From Monocercomonoides exilis PA203 (lineage: Eukaryota > Protista > Preaxostyla), in the NCBI GenBank assembly GCA_001643675.2, contig LSRY02000019.1:248001-312000 (forward strand): a stretch of 64,000 bases of DNA, in the 5' to 3' direction. Below are positions 26,143 through 38,800 of this stretch, one piece after another (positions within the stretch are counted from its first letter, which is position 1; each line of letters starts with the position of its first letter). The position numbers and the translations under genes were made by a program. The notes below the pieces were generated by a model, which did not search any database, was not told where the DNA came from, and saw only the letters and a program-made list of their open reading frames with translations.

Positions 26143-29014
26143 TTCGCAATTGTTCTGTTTTGCTGCTAAAGTCACCAGAAGTGTATCTGGAAGGGGTGCC
26201 GTTTGACGAAAAGACTGACGTGTGGGCAATTGGAGTAATCTTCTATCAGCTTCTCTCATCAAGGCATCATAACTGATTCTTCTCTTTCTTCTTTTGTTTT
26301 AAGCATTTTTTTTTCCAACTATTAAATTGTTTATTTTTTTGTTTTCTGTTTTAAATTATGATGAATGCGCCTTTAGGCTTCCATTCCCTGCTCAGTCTCC
26401 AGCTGAACTGATGAGGTCTGGTCAATTTATCAATCCTTTTATCATATTCGAACATTTATTTTATTTTGAACAATGTATCTTTCACTTTCGCTTTCGCTTT
26501 CACTTTTTATTTTCATACGAAATATTCAACATATATACGACATACTCATTCATACATGCTCCGTGCAACAGAATGCTCCAATCCCCTCCTCCGTTTATGC
26601 ACTATGTTTCCTCCGACTGCTGGAACGTGGTGTCTGCTCTTCTCCAGCGGCAGGCAGCCAACCGGCCAACATGCCGGCAGGCTCTGTCGATGCCTTTCTT
26701 CACTCGCTTCACCACTCCACTTCCTGGCCTGCCTCCACCTCACATTTCTGAACACTTGCCTCCTCATCCCCACCCTTTGCCTCATGGTTCTTCTTCACCT
26801 TCTGCTTCTGCTTCTGCTTCTTCTACTTCTACTACTACTCCTGCTACTTCTCCCTCTTCTTCTTCAACAAGACCTGATTATATTGCTGTACATGAAGCTG
26901 AGCAGGAAGTTATAATTGGCTCTGGAAGAGCATTGATACCTTCGACGGAGATGCCTGAAGCTGCTAAGCCAGCTGCAGTTTCTGCTCCAGCAGGCATTCC
27001 ACTAAATGTACACTCACCTCGGACTTCTCAATTGCAGTATTCATCATCATCACCTTCTTCTTCTTCTTCTTCTTCAGCGACAACTTCTTCTTCCCCATCC
27101 ACAACCAATCTTTCTCCATCCTCTCCCCACTCACTACCTCCGACCACACCTCAGCCATCTGTATTTACACACATACCAACCCCACCTTCTTACCCTTCCT
27201 CTCAGATGCATGCGCGAACAGAGTCCCCAACCCCTGCCTCCTATCAGGTGCCTGCACCTCCTGTCGTCGCACGCTTCCCTTCTCCTCCGCCTGCTGTTCC
27301 ACTGCAGCCTGGACACTCGTCTCCTGTTGCCCACTTCTCTCCCCCGCCCTCTCAGCAGCAAAGCAGCATGACTCACTCACCACCGCCAATGCCGCTTCCG
27401 CAGTCATTCTCGGCTCAGATGGAATTCACTCAGCCTCTTTCTGAGCCAGCACAGCCACCTCCAAGTTCAAAACCACAGTCTTCTTTTAACCATTCGTCTC
27501 TGAATCCAACGCCGTTCTATCCGCCAATAGGCATGCTTCCTCCCCCGCCTTCGATGGGATACCGCTCCACACAGCCAATGCCAACTGTCCCAACTTTCCC
27601 TCATCGCACTCTGCCTCCTCGTTACACCCTGCCTCCTTCACCTGCATCGTCGCAAGTGCAAAAAGTGCCAAGAAACCCAAAGACTACTTCCTTCGTCTTC
27701 TACCACCCGACTTCTTCGCCTACTTCTCATGCTGCTGCACAGCCTATTGCTCAGCTTCCACCTCCTGTGCTCCGCAAGAGCCAGCAGGAGACTCTTCCTT
27801 CTTCGCAACCAGCCCAACCTTCTCCATTGATCCAGTCTATTCAGCCTTTTCAGCCTGTTTCTGTGGAGCCTGCTCTTCCTCCTCCTCCCGATGCCTTGTC
27901 TACTTCGCCAAACTCATTTCTTCCACCACCTCGCTCAACGCAGCCCGCAAAGCTCCTTCCATTCCCTCCCTTGCTTCCACGTGTGACACCTCCTCAGACG
28001 AGTGCGCTTTCTATAACAGATCCAACAAGATATAGCGACACTGAGAATCTTTCTCAACCGCCCACTACCAGTAAGCCTCTTCCTTATCTCAGCCGCAAGC
28101 CGACGTTAGTTCTCGGCCAGCTGCCTTTTGTGATTGCGCTGCCAGATAAGTATGATAGCTCAGAGGCGATACGTGCGAGCTTTGAAGGTCTCGAACGGCT
28201 GCTCGGATTCTGCCTGCGGACAGACCTTTTCTCAGATGCGCTGTCGTTGACAGTGCTCGTGTTCCACCACCCGTCCATCAATGCGAAGGAGTTTAATACA
28301 GTCGGCATTACGATTAATTACGTGGCTCCGATTATGAAGAACTTGATACGCTGTGCCATAGTCCGTCAAGAGGAAGAAAAGAAAGCAATGGCAGGGAGGC
28401 TCTCTGGCTACGGCTATAATGACATGCAGATTGCGCCTGGTTCATCTGCATCTGTCGTGCGAAGCATCCAGCGGCTAAAGAGCGGAGTAGCTCTGATGCT
28501 CTTCCATGCTCTGCGGTATGCACCATTCCATTGCACAGACACTGAAGTGGCCGAGAGGCTGGATACGCTGTTGGAGATGGAGGAGTTTCCTCCTTTTCCT
28601 CTGATCGAAAAGGAAAGAGGCATATGGCAAGTGCACAAAAACTGGTCATTGGGCGATGAATACATTGCGCCTGGAATTATGATCAGTGGAAACGGAAACG
28701 CTGTGCTGAGTGATGGGACAGTTGTCTCAGAAAAGCAGCTCAAAAGAGCATCTGTTGTGAGGCAGGGATATCTTCTCTTCATGTTTCTGGCTCAAATAAA
28801 CGATCTGAACGAAGATATATGCTTTTTGACAGCACCAAAATCTGCACCCGAGTCACCTTCATCTTCATCGTCTTCTTCATTGAACAGTCCTTCCCCTTCT
28901 TCTCCTCCACATTCTTTTCGGTCTGCTGTTATTTTGCACGTTAATCAGAAGCTTATGGAAGAATACGCTAAAAAGGCGCTGGAACTGTTTTTGTTTGTTC
29001 TAACTTTTCCTTGA
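25060..29014 (+). CDS. Ser/Thr protein kinase, ATG1/ULK-like (kinase, Pro/Ser-rich linker, C-terminal helical domain)
   Basis: Exons 25060-25107, 25165-25180, 25247-25265, 25311-25415, 25459-25546, 25607-25679, 25728-25896, 26061-26076, 26172-26263, 26377-26415, 26572-29014. The spliced product gives LGHGSFGTVY, RAIK, HRDLKPDNILL, KISDFGLAR, AQTQCGTPLYMSPE and DVWAIGVIFYQLL. The kinase call is secure; the ULK assignment rests on the activation segment and overall architecture. Confidence 0.85.
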
Positions 29015-29853
29015 AATAAGTGAATTAAGCGTTCTTTCTGTTCTTTCTTAATATTTGAAAGAATCATATATAGTATTTGCCCTCATTATAATTATTATTA
29101 TTTTCTTTCCTTATTTTTCATTACTTTTTTTTATGTTTTTGATTGTGGAAACAAATTTTGAGCATTCATTCTTGGATGATTGTCTGTCAATAAATAACAC
29201 TGAAAAATTGAAGAAAACGTTAAAATAAAAAAGAAAATAAAAATAATTAGTGTTTCACAGATTCATATCATGTGCAGAACACACAAGATATAAAAGTAAC
29301 AACCGAATAACATAAAGGCTAATTCAAAAAAAGTAGGAAAGGCACTAAAAATTTATTGACATTCGAAAAAATCGCAAAAAACACAGATGCTCAATAAAGC
29401 TATTTTGGATAAAAAAGTTAAAACTTAAAAATTGCCAAATGCAAATACAGTAAACATAGCTCTTTAAAAACAATGATTTGAATATGAGAAAAAGACGACA
29501 GAAAAGTATTAAACAGCAAAAACAGTATGAAATCACAATGTCAAAGACAGGAGCAATCAAAACAGAAAAAACATAAATAAAAAAAGTTTTAAAAAAATTC
29601 AAAATAATTGATTGTAAGAATCTTACACAAAAACGCAAAAACAAATAAATTCATAACTTAAAACGAAAACCAAAACTGCAATAAACATCAGAACTGAGCA
29701 AAATAAAAGTTGATAACTCAAAAAATTAAAGAAGATAAAGAAAAGAGAAAAACAACAAAAAATCTTTGCTTTACTACAATTTAGCACACAAAAAATACAA
29801 CTCAAACAGAAAATTCGACATCAAAACAAGGAAATCATCAGATACCAAAATCT

Positions 29854-32800
29854 CTACTTATGTTGCTGATGATTCTTGTAATTACTTTGATGTCTGTTAC
29901 CGTGTTTGTGGCTGTTGTGGTGTTGTGAATGAGAATTAGTGTGAGAGTGTTTGTGTGTGTTATGGCGTTGGTGATACATTTCGTAGACAGTTTCCTTATA
30001 TTCTGCAGGGCATAAGCGTTTCAATGTCTTCAGAGCCTCGTCGGCTGTTATTCTTTCTTCGGCTTTTTCCTTCCAGCACATCTCGACAACAAAACGGATT
30101 GCTGATAAAGTATCTCCCTCTTTCAAAATGTTACCTTCTTCGTTCAGAGGTGCGGCGCCAATTTTGATTTCATCAAAAGGTGTACGAATTTGTACAAGCT
30201 CTGAATGATTACAATCATCGCCAGATTCATCGGTGATTTCACTTTCGTTGTCAATCTCCTTTTGTGAATGCTCAACTGTTGATTTCACAGAAGATGCAGC
30301 TGATAACTCCAATCGTTGCATCTTTCTCAAATCCTTCTCTCTTTTTTTCCGAAGCTGTGTTTCAACATAATCTCTTTTCATCAAATTTGTGTTTGGTCTC
30401 TTTCCATTTAGAATATACCTCATCGAATCAAACCCACTCGCTTCTTCAAATGGCCTCTTTTTTGAGTACATCCACCACACGAGAAGCCCAAAACTAAACA
30501 TGTCACTTGCCGGAGTGGCCACTTTAGTTATAATTTCTTCCAGATGAATCAACATGCTTTCTGAAAACTGAAGAGCTGGGCTTTCTTTGTTGATTGTTTT
30601 TGGTGACTCTTTAGGTGATGTAGGGAAAAGACTAGTTGAATATAACCTAAAATCTCCTGGTAATGGCGACACAGTTGCGGTAACTGGGGAAAATGCTTCT
30701 TTTTTACCAGACTCTTCATCAACATGGCTTATATTTGATTGACTATTCTTATTGCCATCTTCATATGATTCATCTCTTATTTCACAAACAATTTTTCCCT
30801 TTTTGAATTTCCCAACAAATAAACAACCGATTTCAGGCGCGCACCACCTCAAAATCTCCTCTCTTTCTTTCAAGCTCTGAAGCTTTTGTTCCAACTTTGC
30901 CTTTTTGGCTTCTTCAAATTTCTTTGTTTTTTTATTCTTAATTTTTTGTTGCAACTGAAGTTCGGCTCCAGACATAAGAGGTGAAGGAGATTCATTTCCT
31001 TTTCCACTTTTAGCACAACTCTTTATATCTGATAAAGATACTCCAGTATCCAATAGCAGATTACAATTTGAATTATCTTTAGATACATCACTGTTGTTGA
31101 TCGAGTAATTCCTTGTAGAGTTCGAAGCTGGAAATGTTGCTGTGGATTCTTCAACCCTTTCAGTCGCTTTTACAAAAGCATTCTTGCATTCCTTTCCAAT
31201 GTTTTTAACAATTCCTTTTCTGTGTGTTTTAGAAGATTCAATAGCCTCTTCCAATGCTTCCTCATCTTCAGGCAGAATTACAGATGAATAAAACACATTA
31301 TTTGCTGAAGAAAATGCAGTGGACACAAAAAGATGAGTCGGAATAACCATCGAACGATACAATGCAGAAAGTGATGAAGGATCATACGAAGTGCTTGCTG
31401 AAGAGTACTTATCACTCCAATTACGGGGAAGAGGTGGGACTGATGATGGAGGGTGTGTTGAAGAGCAGAGAGACGGTTCAATCTGTAGCACTGCTGAAGA
31501 AGAAGAGGCTGTTGATGAACTCTTTTTATGTTTTGGTGTTGAATCGTGCTTGGAAAGAGGTGGGACATAATGATGATGAGAAGATAAATGAGTCATCAGC
31601 ATCGTGTATGAAGCCATTATTGAATACTGCTTTTGGAGGATAAAGGTTTTTGGCTTTGAATCTGCTGGAAATGCAAAAATTGATTCGTTAGACTGATTTA
31701 GTACACCGATTGGGGAAGAGGAAGAGGAGGAGGAAGAAGAAGATGATGATGATGATGATGATGAGGAAGAGGAAGAGGAGGACGATGATAGTAATAATGA
31801 AGAAGATGAAAGTGGACCAAAATTATTGTTTGTGATTCTAGAAATCTTATTCGCTTCATCTGGTGATTGCAATGTTGTGAATTCTCCTTTTTCAGCAATA
31901 GACAAATCATTTTTGTCTTTTAAATTTGTTTTTTGATTAATATTCTGTGAATATTCGGAATCAGCTGAAATTTTTTCACTTTGTATTTTTCCATTTACTC
32001 CATCACTTTTCGATGAAGCAGACTGTCCTAAAACGGATTTCGATCCATCAGAGGTGAAATTCTCGGTGTGTTCTTCCATTTCAACCATCGTTATTTCTTG
32101 AGATAGCAAAAGTGGAATATCTCCTTTACGCTTAACTGCTGCTGAATTAGTAGTTGTACGTTTCTTCTGAGCTGCGTTTCCATTGTTAACTTCAAAGGGA
32201 CTTGAACCAGACAACTTTTGTGGAATTTCACTTGAAGCTGATTGTTCAGAAGTCGATTTCTTTTTCAGCTTGTGATTGATTGCAGACAAAATATTTGAAG
32301 GCTTCAAACGATTCTTTATTGATTTGAGTGAAAGTGTTGCTTCTTCGTCTGCTTGTATCTTTCCATTATTCTTATTATTTGAAGACACACTTTCGCGATC
32401 TCGTTGCATAACTTCTTCTGTTTCCATCAGAAATCGCTCTTCTGCCTCTCTATTTTTCTGTTCTTCGCGTGTTGCCAAAAGCTTCTCTTTCTTTCTTTTC
32501 GTGTAAATCTGTTCAATCTCCTTTCTTTTTGCTTCCTTCTCTTCTATTTTCAAGTCTGCTGCTGACATAGGCAACAGATAAAGAGTGAAAGGATTAAGAA
32601 TTCCAATACATTTTCTCCTTTGAGATGGAGAAGCCAGTGAAGGAAGAGGAATTAATGGAGATGTTGCAAATGGTGAAAGTGCAGCGGATGGAGCAGTAGA
32701 TGATGGAATGCAAGATTCTGAATTAAAGGGAGATGAATGTGTAATAAAAGGAGAGCAATTAGATGGTAATGGAGAGCTGATAATTGGAGAAGTTTGGGAA

Positions 32801-35800
32801 TTGCTTTTTGGAGAATAATCAGCTGCATTCTGGAATTGATACGGAATTGATAAGAAATGTGAATGCGAGTCCAAAGGATAAGAAGAAACAGGCACCTTCA
32901 AAGAAAGTTCAGTGGGCAAAGAATTTTGTGAACCGTTTTGAATGGAAGAGCTATTCAATGATTGAACAATGTTTTGTGGTTGACCATCAGGTGCTGATTC
33001 GCACGAGCTCATTGTTGTCTGGACTGAATCTTCTGTTGCATCTTTTTTGCTTTTGTCTTTCTTCTTCGTTTTCACTTTACGAACAATAATCTTCCTAACT
33101 TTCTTTTTCTCCTTTCTTTTTTCCGTTTCTTCAGCACCGTCTTTTGGCTTTTCGTCTTTTTCCTTTTTCAGCTTTTCTTTTTCTTCTTTTTTGTTGCAAT
33201 CATTTTGTATCTTTATCTTCGTTTTGTTTTCAAAGCAGCTCAAATTCTCCTTATCTTCAGCTTCTTTATTTGCACTCGAAATATCCCAATTGCTGAAACT
33301 CTTTTCCGTTCCAAGTGTAGTCCTATCTTCTTTCTCCTCGATTCCTTCTGCCTCTTTCATAATGTTTGAAGCCTTTTTTGAAGTTTCATCTGTTTTTGAT
33401 TCTTCCTTTATTTCTCTCAATGGCGCAAGTGACAGTGGCATCTTCTTTGGAATCGAGCTTTCTGTTGCTCTTTTTGAGAAATCTGTTTGCGAATGAATGC
33501 GATTGAGCGTTTTAAGCAAATAAACACACAAAGAGAACAGCGAAGGCATTTTTATGTTTGGCCTTTGTGGTTCTGGTTGCTCATCTGAAGGTTTATGCGG
33601 TGCTTTTGTCCTATTTGAAGCGTGTAAAGATGTGTGGTGGCTTGTATGACTTTTGTGATTTGTGTGACTTGTGTGACTTAATAGTTTGCTCTTCTTTGAG
33701 GACACGTCTGATTTTTCCTTTTGTTTCGAAGTGCTGCTTGAAATCAACTTAGTGTGGGTTGCTGTGCTTTTTCGTTTACTAACTTTAGAGACAGTTTTCT
33801 TTTCCTTTTCCTTTTCTTTTGACTTCGGAAGAAGTTGAGCCGATGAGCCGGATTTCGATGAGTCTCGACTTTTCGAAGGAGGCGAAGGCAGTCTTGATTG
33901 AAGTGAGTCCATTGAAATAATCCTATCAATCTGACTTTGCGTTTCACAAAGAGAGTTATTATTGCTGGTTTCATTGGAACAGTTTTCTTCTTTTGCCATG
34001 TTCTCATCTTCTTCAGAACTTTCACTTTCATCAGGGAGTGAGGCTTCTGCTTGCCTGAGCTTTGAATTTTCGCTTGATTTGTCAGACTTAAGCAAAGAAG
34101 GAGCTTCCTTTTCTTCGCAGATTCCATTGTCACTTGAATCATTCCCAATAGATAATGAATCAGGTTTGCTTTCTGAAATTAGTTTTCTGGTACTTGATTC
34201 ATCCTCAGAGTCAGAAGAATCAGAAGCAATGCATAGATTTGATCGCACTATCACATCTACACTGTCACTTGATTCCAGTTGCAACTTGCTTTTAGAGAAT
34301 GCATCCTCTAAGTTATCTGGCATATTCTTCAGCTCTGACAAAGCCAGCTTTTCAACTTCTGAGTTGAAGCTGTTTATCTCAACATTTTCATTAGTGCTTT
34401 CCATCAAATCTTTCTTTGTGTCTTCTTTCTCATCATTTTGTGCGATATTCTGCTTTAAAGATAATTTACTATGCTCACATTCCAGTTGTTCATCCGCTTT
34501 TGATTTCAAATTACGTGAATGTTTATGCGAAGAATGCTTTTGTTTCTTGGAATTGTTTGCACTTTTAGATTCCGTGATAGGTAAATCTTTAACTTTTTTC
34601 ACTTTTTTATCAATATTATTCTTGTTGCTTTGTTGCTTCATTTTCATATTCTGCACTAAATCTCGCTTCTGTTTATAACGTTTTTGCTGATAATCCTTTT
34701 TCCGTTTAATTTTTTCAATAAGCCACCGATCTTGCTTTTTCATTTTGGCCGTTTCTTCTGCTTCAAGGATTCTTCTTTCTTTTCTCCAGAATCTCTTCAT
34801 CTGAATAAATAGAGTTTGCGTTGTATCAACATTTGCCGATTTAAACGTTGCAGCTTCCATTGCTTCAACAGTTGGAATTAGCTGTCTTTTCAGGCGCTCC
34901 TCCTCTTCTTCTTTTGCCTTACGCTCCTTTTCTTCTCTCATCTTCTTGAACTTCTGCCGCTTTTGTATTCTTGCTCTTCTTGCATGCTCTCTCGATCTCT
35001 CCAAAGCAATGAACAATTCCTTATCTTCTCTTTCTTTCTTTGTAATCCAATTAAGATATCTCCACATTCTCCGTCTCTTCCTCTCTGCTGACATTTCTCC
35101 AAATCTCTCACTATCATCTAAAACTTTCAATCCGACTCCGGTCATCACTGAAGCAACACACACAATTGCACAAACGGTAGCCGTGAGAGAAAAAATCACA
35201 ATCAGAATAACTCTTCTTCTTTTCTCTCTGTTCAGAGCTTCTTGCGTTTCAGTTCCGTCTTCTATTTGAGGTGATATCCTGTCGTCAGAAGAAGGATCAT
35301 GCGACAAAGAGGAATTAACAATGCTTAACTGAACTTTTGGAGTTGATGCGATGTTGCCAACAAACAGCTGGATTTCAATTGCTGATGAGATTTTATTTGA
35401 AAGATGTTCATATGGCTGAAAATCATTTTGATTGGATGAAATTACTTTCTCTGAATTAGCGAATTCTTGTGCCATCGAGTAGAATGATGAAAATACATCG
35501 TTTGAAAAGTATGCAATTGCACAAGTTTCATTTATGACCATCAGATTGTCGACTCTAACTTTATGTTCGATAATGGTATTCATCAAGTTGTTTGAAGTTT
35601 CGGATAAATGATCATTGCGCTTTTTATGTTCATCAACTTTGCCAGTTGATTTACCATTTTCTGTAACTGCCTGGACAATTTGCGCATTCAGTGAACATGG
35701 ATAAAAATTAGTGCCTTTCAAAACAAGCATACAGAATAAAGTGCTTGATGATGGTTGCTCTGACAAAGAAAAGCCTGAAACAGATGCAAAATGATCCATT

Positions 35801-38800
35801 GTTTCATAAAAATCTCCTGACATACTCTTTTCTTTCTCAGAATTGAAAAGAGAATGAAGATAACTGAAACTATGATCATTTGACAATTTGATACTTGTTT
35901 CATTCCGATTCTTTGTAATGTCATCTACAAACATAACAGCACTATGAATAATTGGTCGAAACAATGGTTGAGGCTCCTTTGTTGACTGATCAATAACTTC
36001 ACAGTCGGAATGTGATATCCAAAGTGACTTTTTAGACAAATCACCATCCTCTTTGTCGCTTTCTCCTCCTTCAGTCAAATCTGAGTCTTTGAAGAAAGTC
36101 GAGTTTAAAGTAATTTTTGCATTTCCAACGCATCTTATATTTCTTTTGGCAGTTGGGAACAGAAGATTTCTGGGATTGTTATTGTAAAATGTCACAGAAG
36201 AAAACAAAGTGCTACCTCCATTAATACTGACAGCTCCGTATGCAACATCAGAAAAAGTAGTATTTGAAATATAGCTGTTTGAAGTCGATATGTGGATGAA
36301 GGATGTTGGCCATTCACATACGAAATGTGAATTGCTCATATGATACGGCTTGTTGAATGGATTATTACCAGTAACTCTATTAAATGCTGAATAAGCACTT
36401 TGAAAATGTCTTTGTTTCTTGTTTTCACTTTTAGCAAATATGAAGTCTTCAACAGTGTCTTCTAAGAAATTATTGGACATTTGAGAAGAGCTTGCATTGC
36501 CTGCAAAAGATGAATTTACAATTGCACATTGGCATCGATTGATATACACTGCCGATCCAAATGTTGTTAAGTTTGTGTTGCCATTTGAAGCAAAAGAACA
36601 GTTTGTCAAAAACACATCGGGAACCACTTTTGATGAAAGTTGATGTGTCAATCGATTCTGAAAAGCGGAAGAATTTATTGATAAATTTTTATTTGCAACA
36701 ACTTCAGTTGAATCAAAATTCAAAGAAGGGGAATAAAAATGGTTGAATGATGATGCAGAAGATAGGTAGCTATCTATCAATAATATCGAAGGTGAAGGAG
36801 AAATTGTAGAATAGCTACTGCATTGATCAAATACACAGTCAGTGAATCTCAGTCCAAGTGTTCTGTTCAGTAAAGCTGAAGATGTTAGGAAAAGAATAGA
36901 AAGAAGACATTCACAAGAACTATCTTCTGATGAAACGAGGACTGGAAACTGAGAAGTGTTCATTTTTCCATTGTCAATATTTCCAGCTCCATAACTTGTG
37001 TAGCCATTGTAATTGTAACTTTTTAACGTAATATTTGAAAAACTAACGTTTTGAAATTCAACATAAGAAATTCCTTTTAGTTGAATTGCAGATATATAAG
37101 GAACTGATACTTTGTCCTTTGATGCTTGCAAAGTATTGAGTGATTGAGCTTTCTTGTTAGTTCGGATTGTTTGTGAAGCCATTGTTGCATTCTGAAGCTT
37201 ATCAGGCAAGCGAGAGTAAATAATGTTATTAATACGAAGATTACGAACTATCAATGAATCTCCAGCACGAGAGCAAATGAAAGGGGTGAAAGAAATGAGA
37301 TCATCTTGCACTGGCTGAGCATCATCATCATCATTTGCGAAATCAGAAGAATTCCCTAATTCTTTGTTCGGAATGTGAAAATCTGATAAATTAGCATCCA
37401 TATTTCTGTTTCTGTAAGTTAGTCCTAAGAAATCAACTGGTCTTGATACTCGAATCATATCATTTGGCTTTATAACTTCAACATCCAACAATGTCAATGA
37501 GCCTCCATTTTCAATAACAAAGAGCGCCTCTTCCAAAGCAGCTTCGTTCTGATGAACACATATGCAATCCACTAAAGAAAGAATTCCCTTTTCAATAGAA
37601 AAGAGGAATGGAAGCGTCAACTCAGATAAAGATGAGTCAAGTGATTGAAGTATCGTTTGATTGCCAAATGATTTGCTTCCAAAAAGAAACACTTCGCTCG
37701 CTAATTTGTGGATATCTGTGTTTGACTCAAGTATGTTGAAAGGAAAGAGATTCAAGCCTGAATTATGAGCATATGTACTGACTGTTTCGTCAAAAAAATG
37801 TTTATGTTTCATGTTGATTGGCTTTCTTGGAATCATTAAAATTGGTTTCTCATTTGCATTACTACGAAAATGATAACTATTTCTTAATTTTTCAGATTTC
37901 TTATTCGGAGATTCGTTGGTTTTCCAGTGTTTCCATTTGGTCCAACCACTAAGTCCGCCTACAAGTGTAACTTCTTTGTTTTGAAGAACAAATGGTCCTT
38001 CCCTAAAAAGTCCTTCTTGCAAGCATCCTGTGAAAGGAACATGAGTCGAAGATAACGCAAACGATAGTGTTTGGCAAGGTCTCCTTGAGTTGTCATCGAA
38101 AACAAATTCTCCATCCAATTCCGACTCATCAAACAAACATTCAAAACTATCAACGCCTTCCTCCATGTTTCGTTTATATAATTTGTTCAATCTTTCTCTT
38201 GACGTTTTCTTCACCTGCTTCAACATCAACATGCTTGGAGGTGGAGATATGACAGCAGCGCAACTCTTTCCGCAGTCGTTGAAAATGAAGCAACTTATGT
38301 CAACAAAAAACGAATTGTCAGGTTCATCAGAATCCTCATTTTGAAGGAATCCATTAGCTTGCTTTATAGGCATTATTTCATTGACAAGATGATTACTAAG
38401 AAGTGAAACGTTGCTCTTAACTTTCTTACAGCACATAGTTTGTTGAGTTGCTTTACCTTTCACAGCAGAGGCATCAAAGTCTCCGTTTACATAATACTCA
38501 TCTTCTCCGATTTGAAGCTTCTCCTCTTTAAACTTTTTCTCAATAACAAGAATCGCTCTTGTTCCTTCAGAAGAGCTTGACGTATTTTTTGAAATTCGTT
38601 CTTTGTAAATCTCAAGATTGCTTTCTCCTGTTTCATCGCAGATATCGCTTCCTGGCATCTTTATTTTGATTGAAGATTCATTCGCTTTTGCACCAAATGC
38701 GGAAATGATATGCTCATCCAATGATAGTATTGTTTGATTATTGACTTCTTGGTGTGACAAATCCAGATTCAGTAAGCTATTGCGTGTAGATATGTCTTTT

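Noticed and set aside
29040-29850. Phe-rich minus-strand ORFs 29345-29805
   Set aside because: This is an A-rich convergent 3'-UTR/intergenic region and the ORFs are driven by composition.
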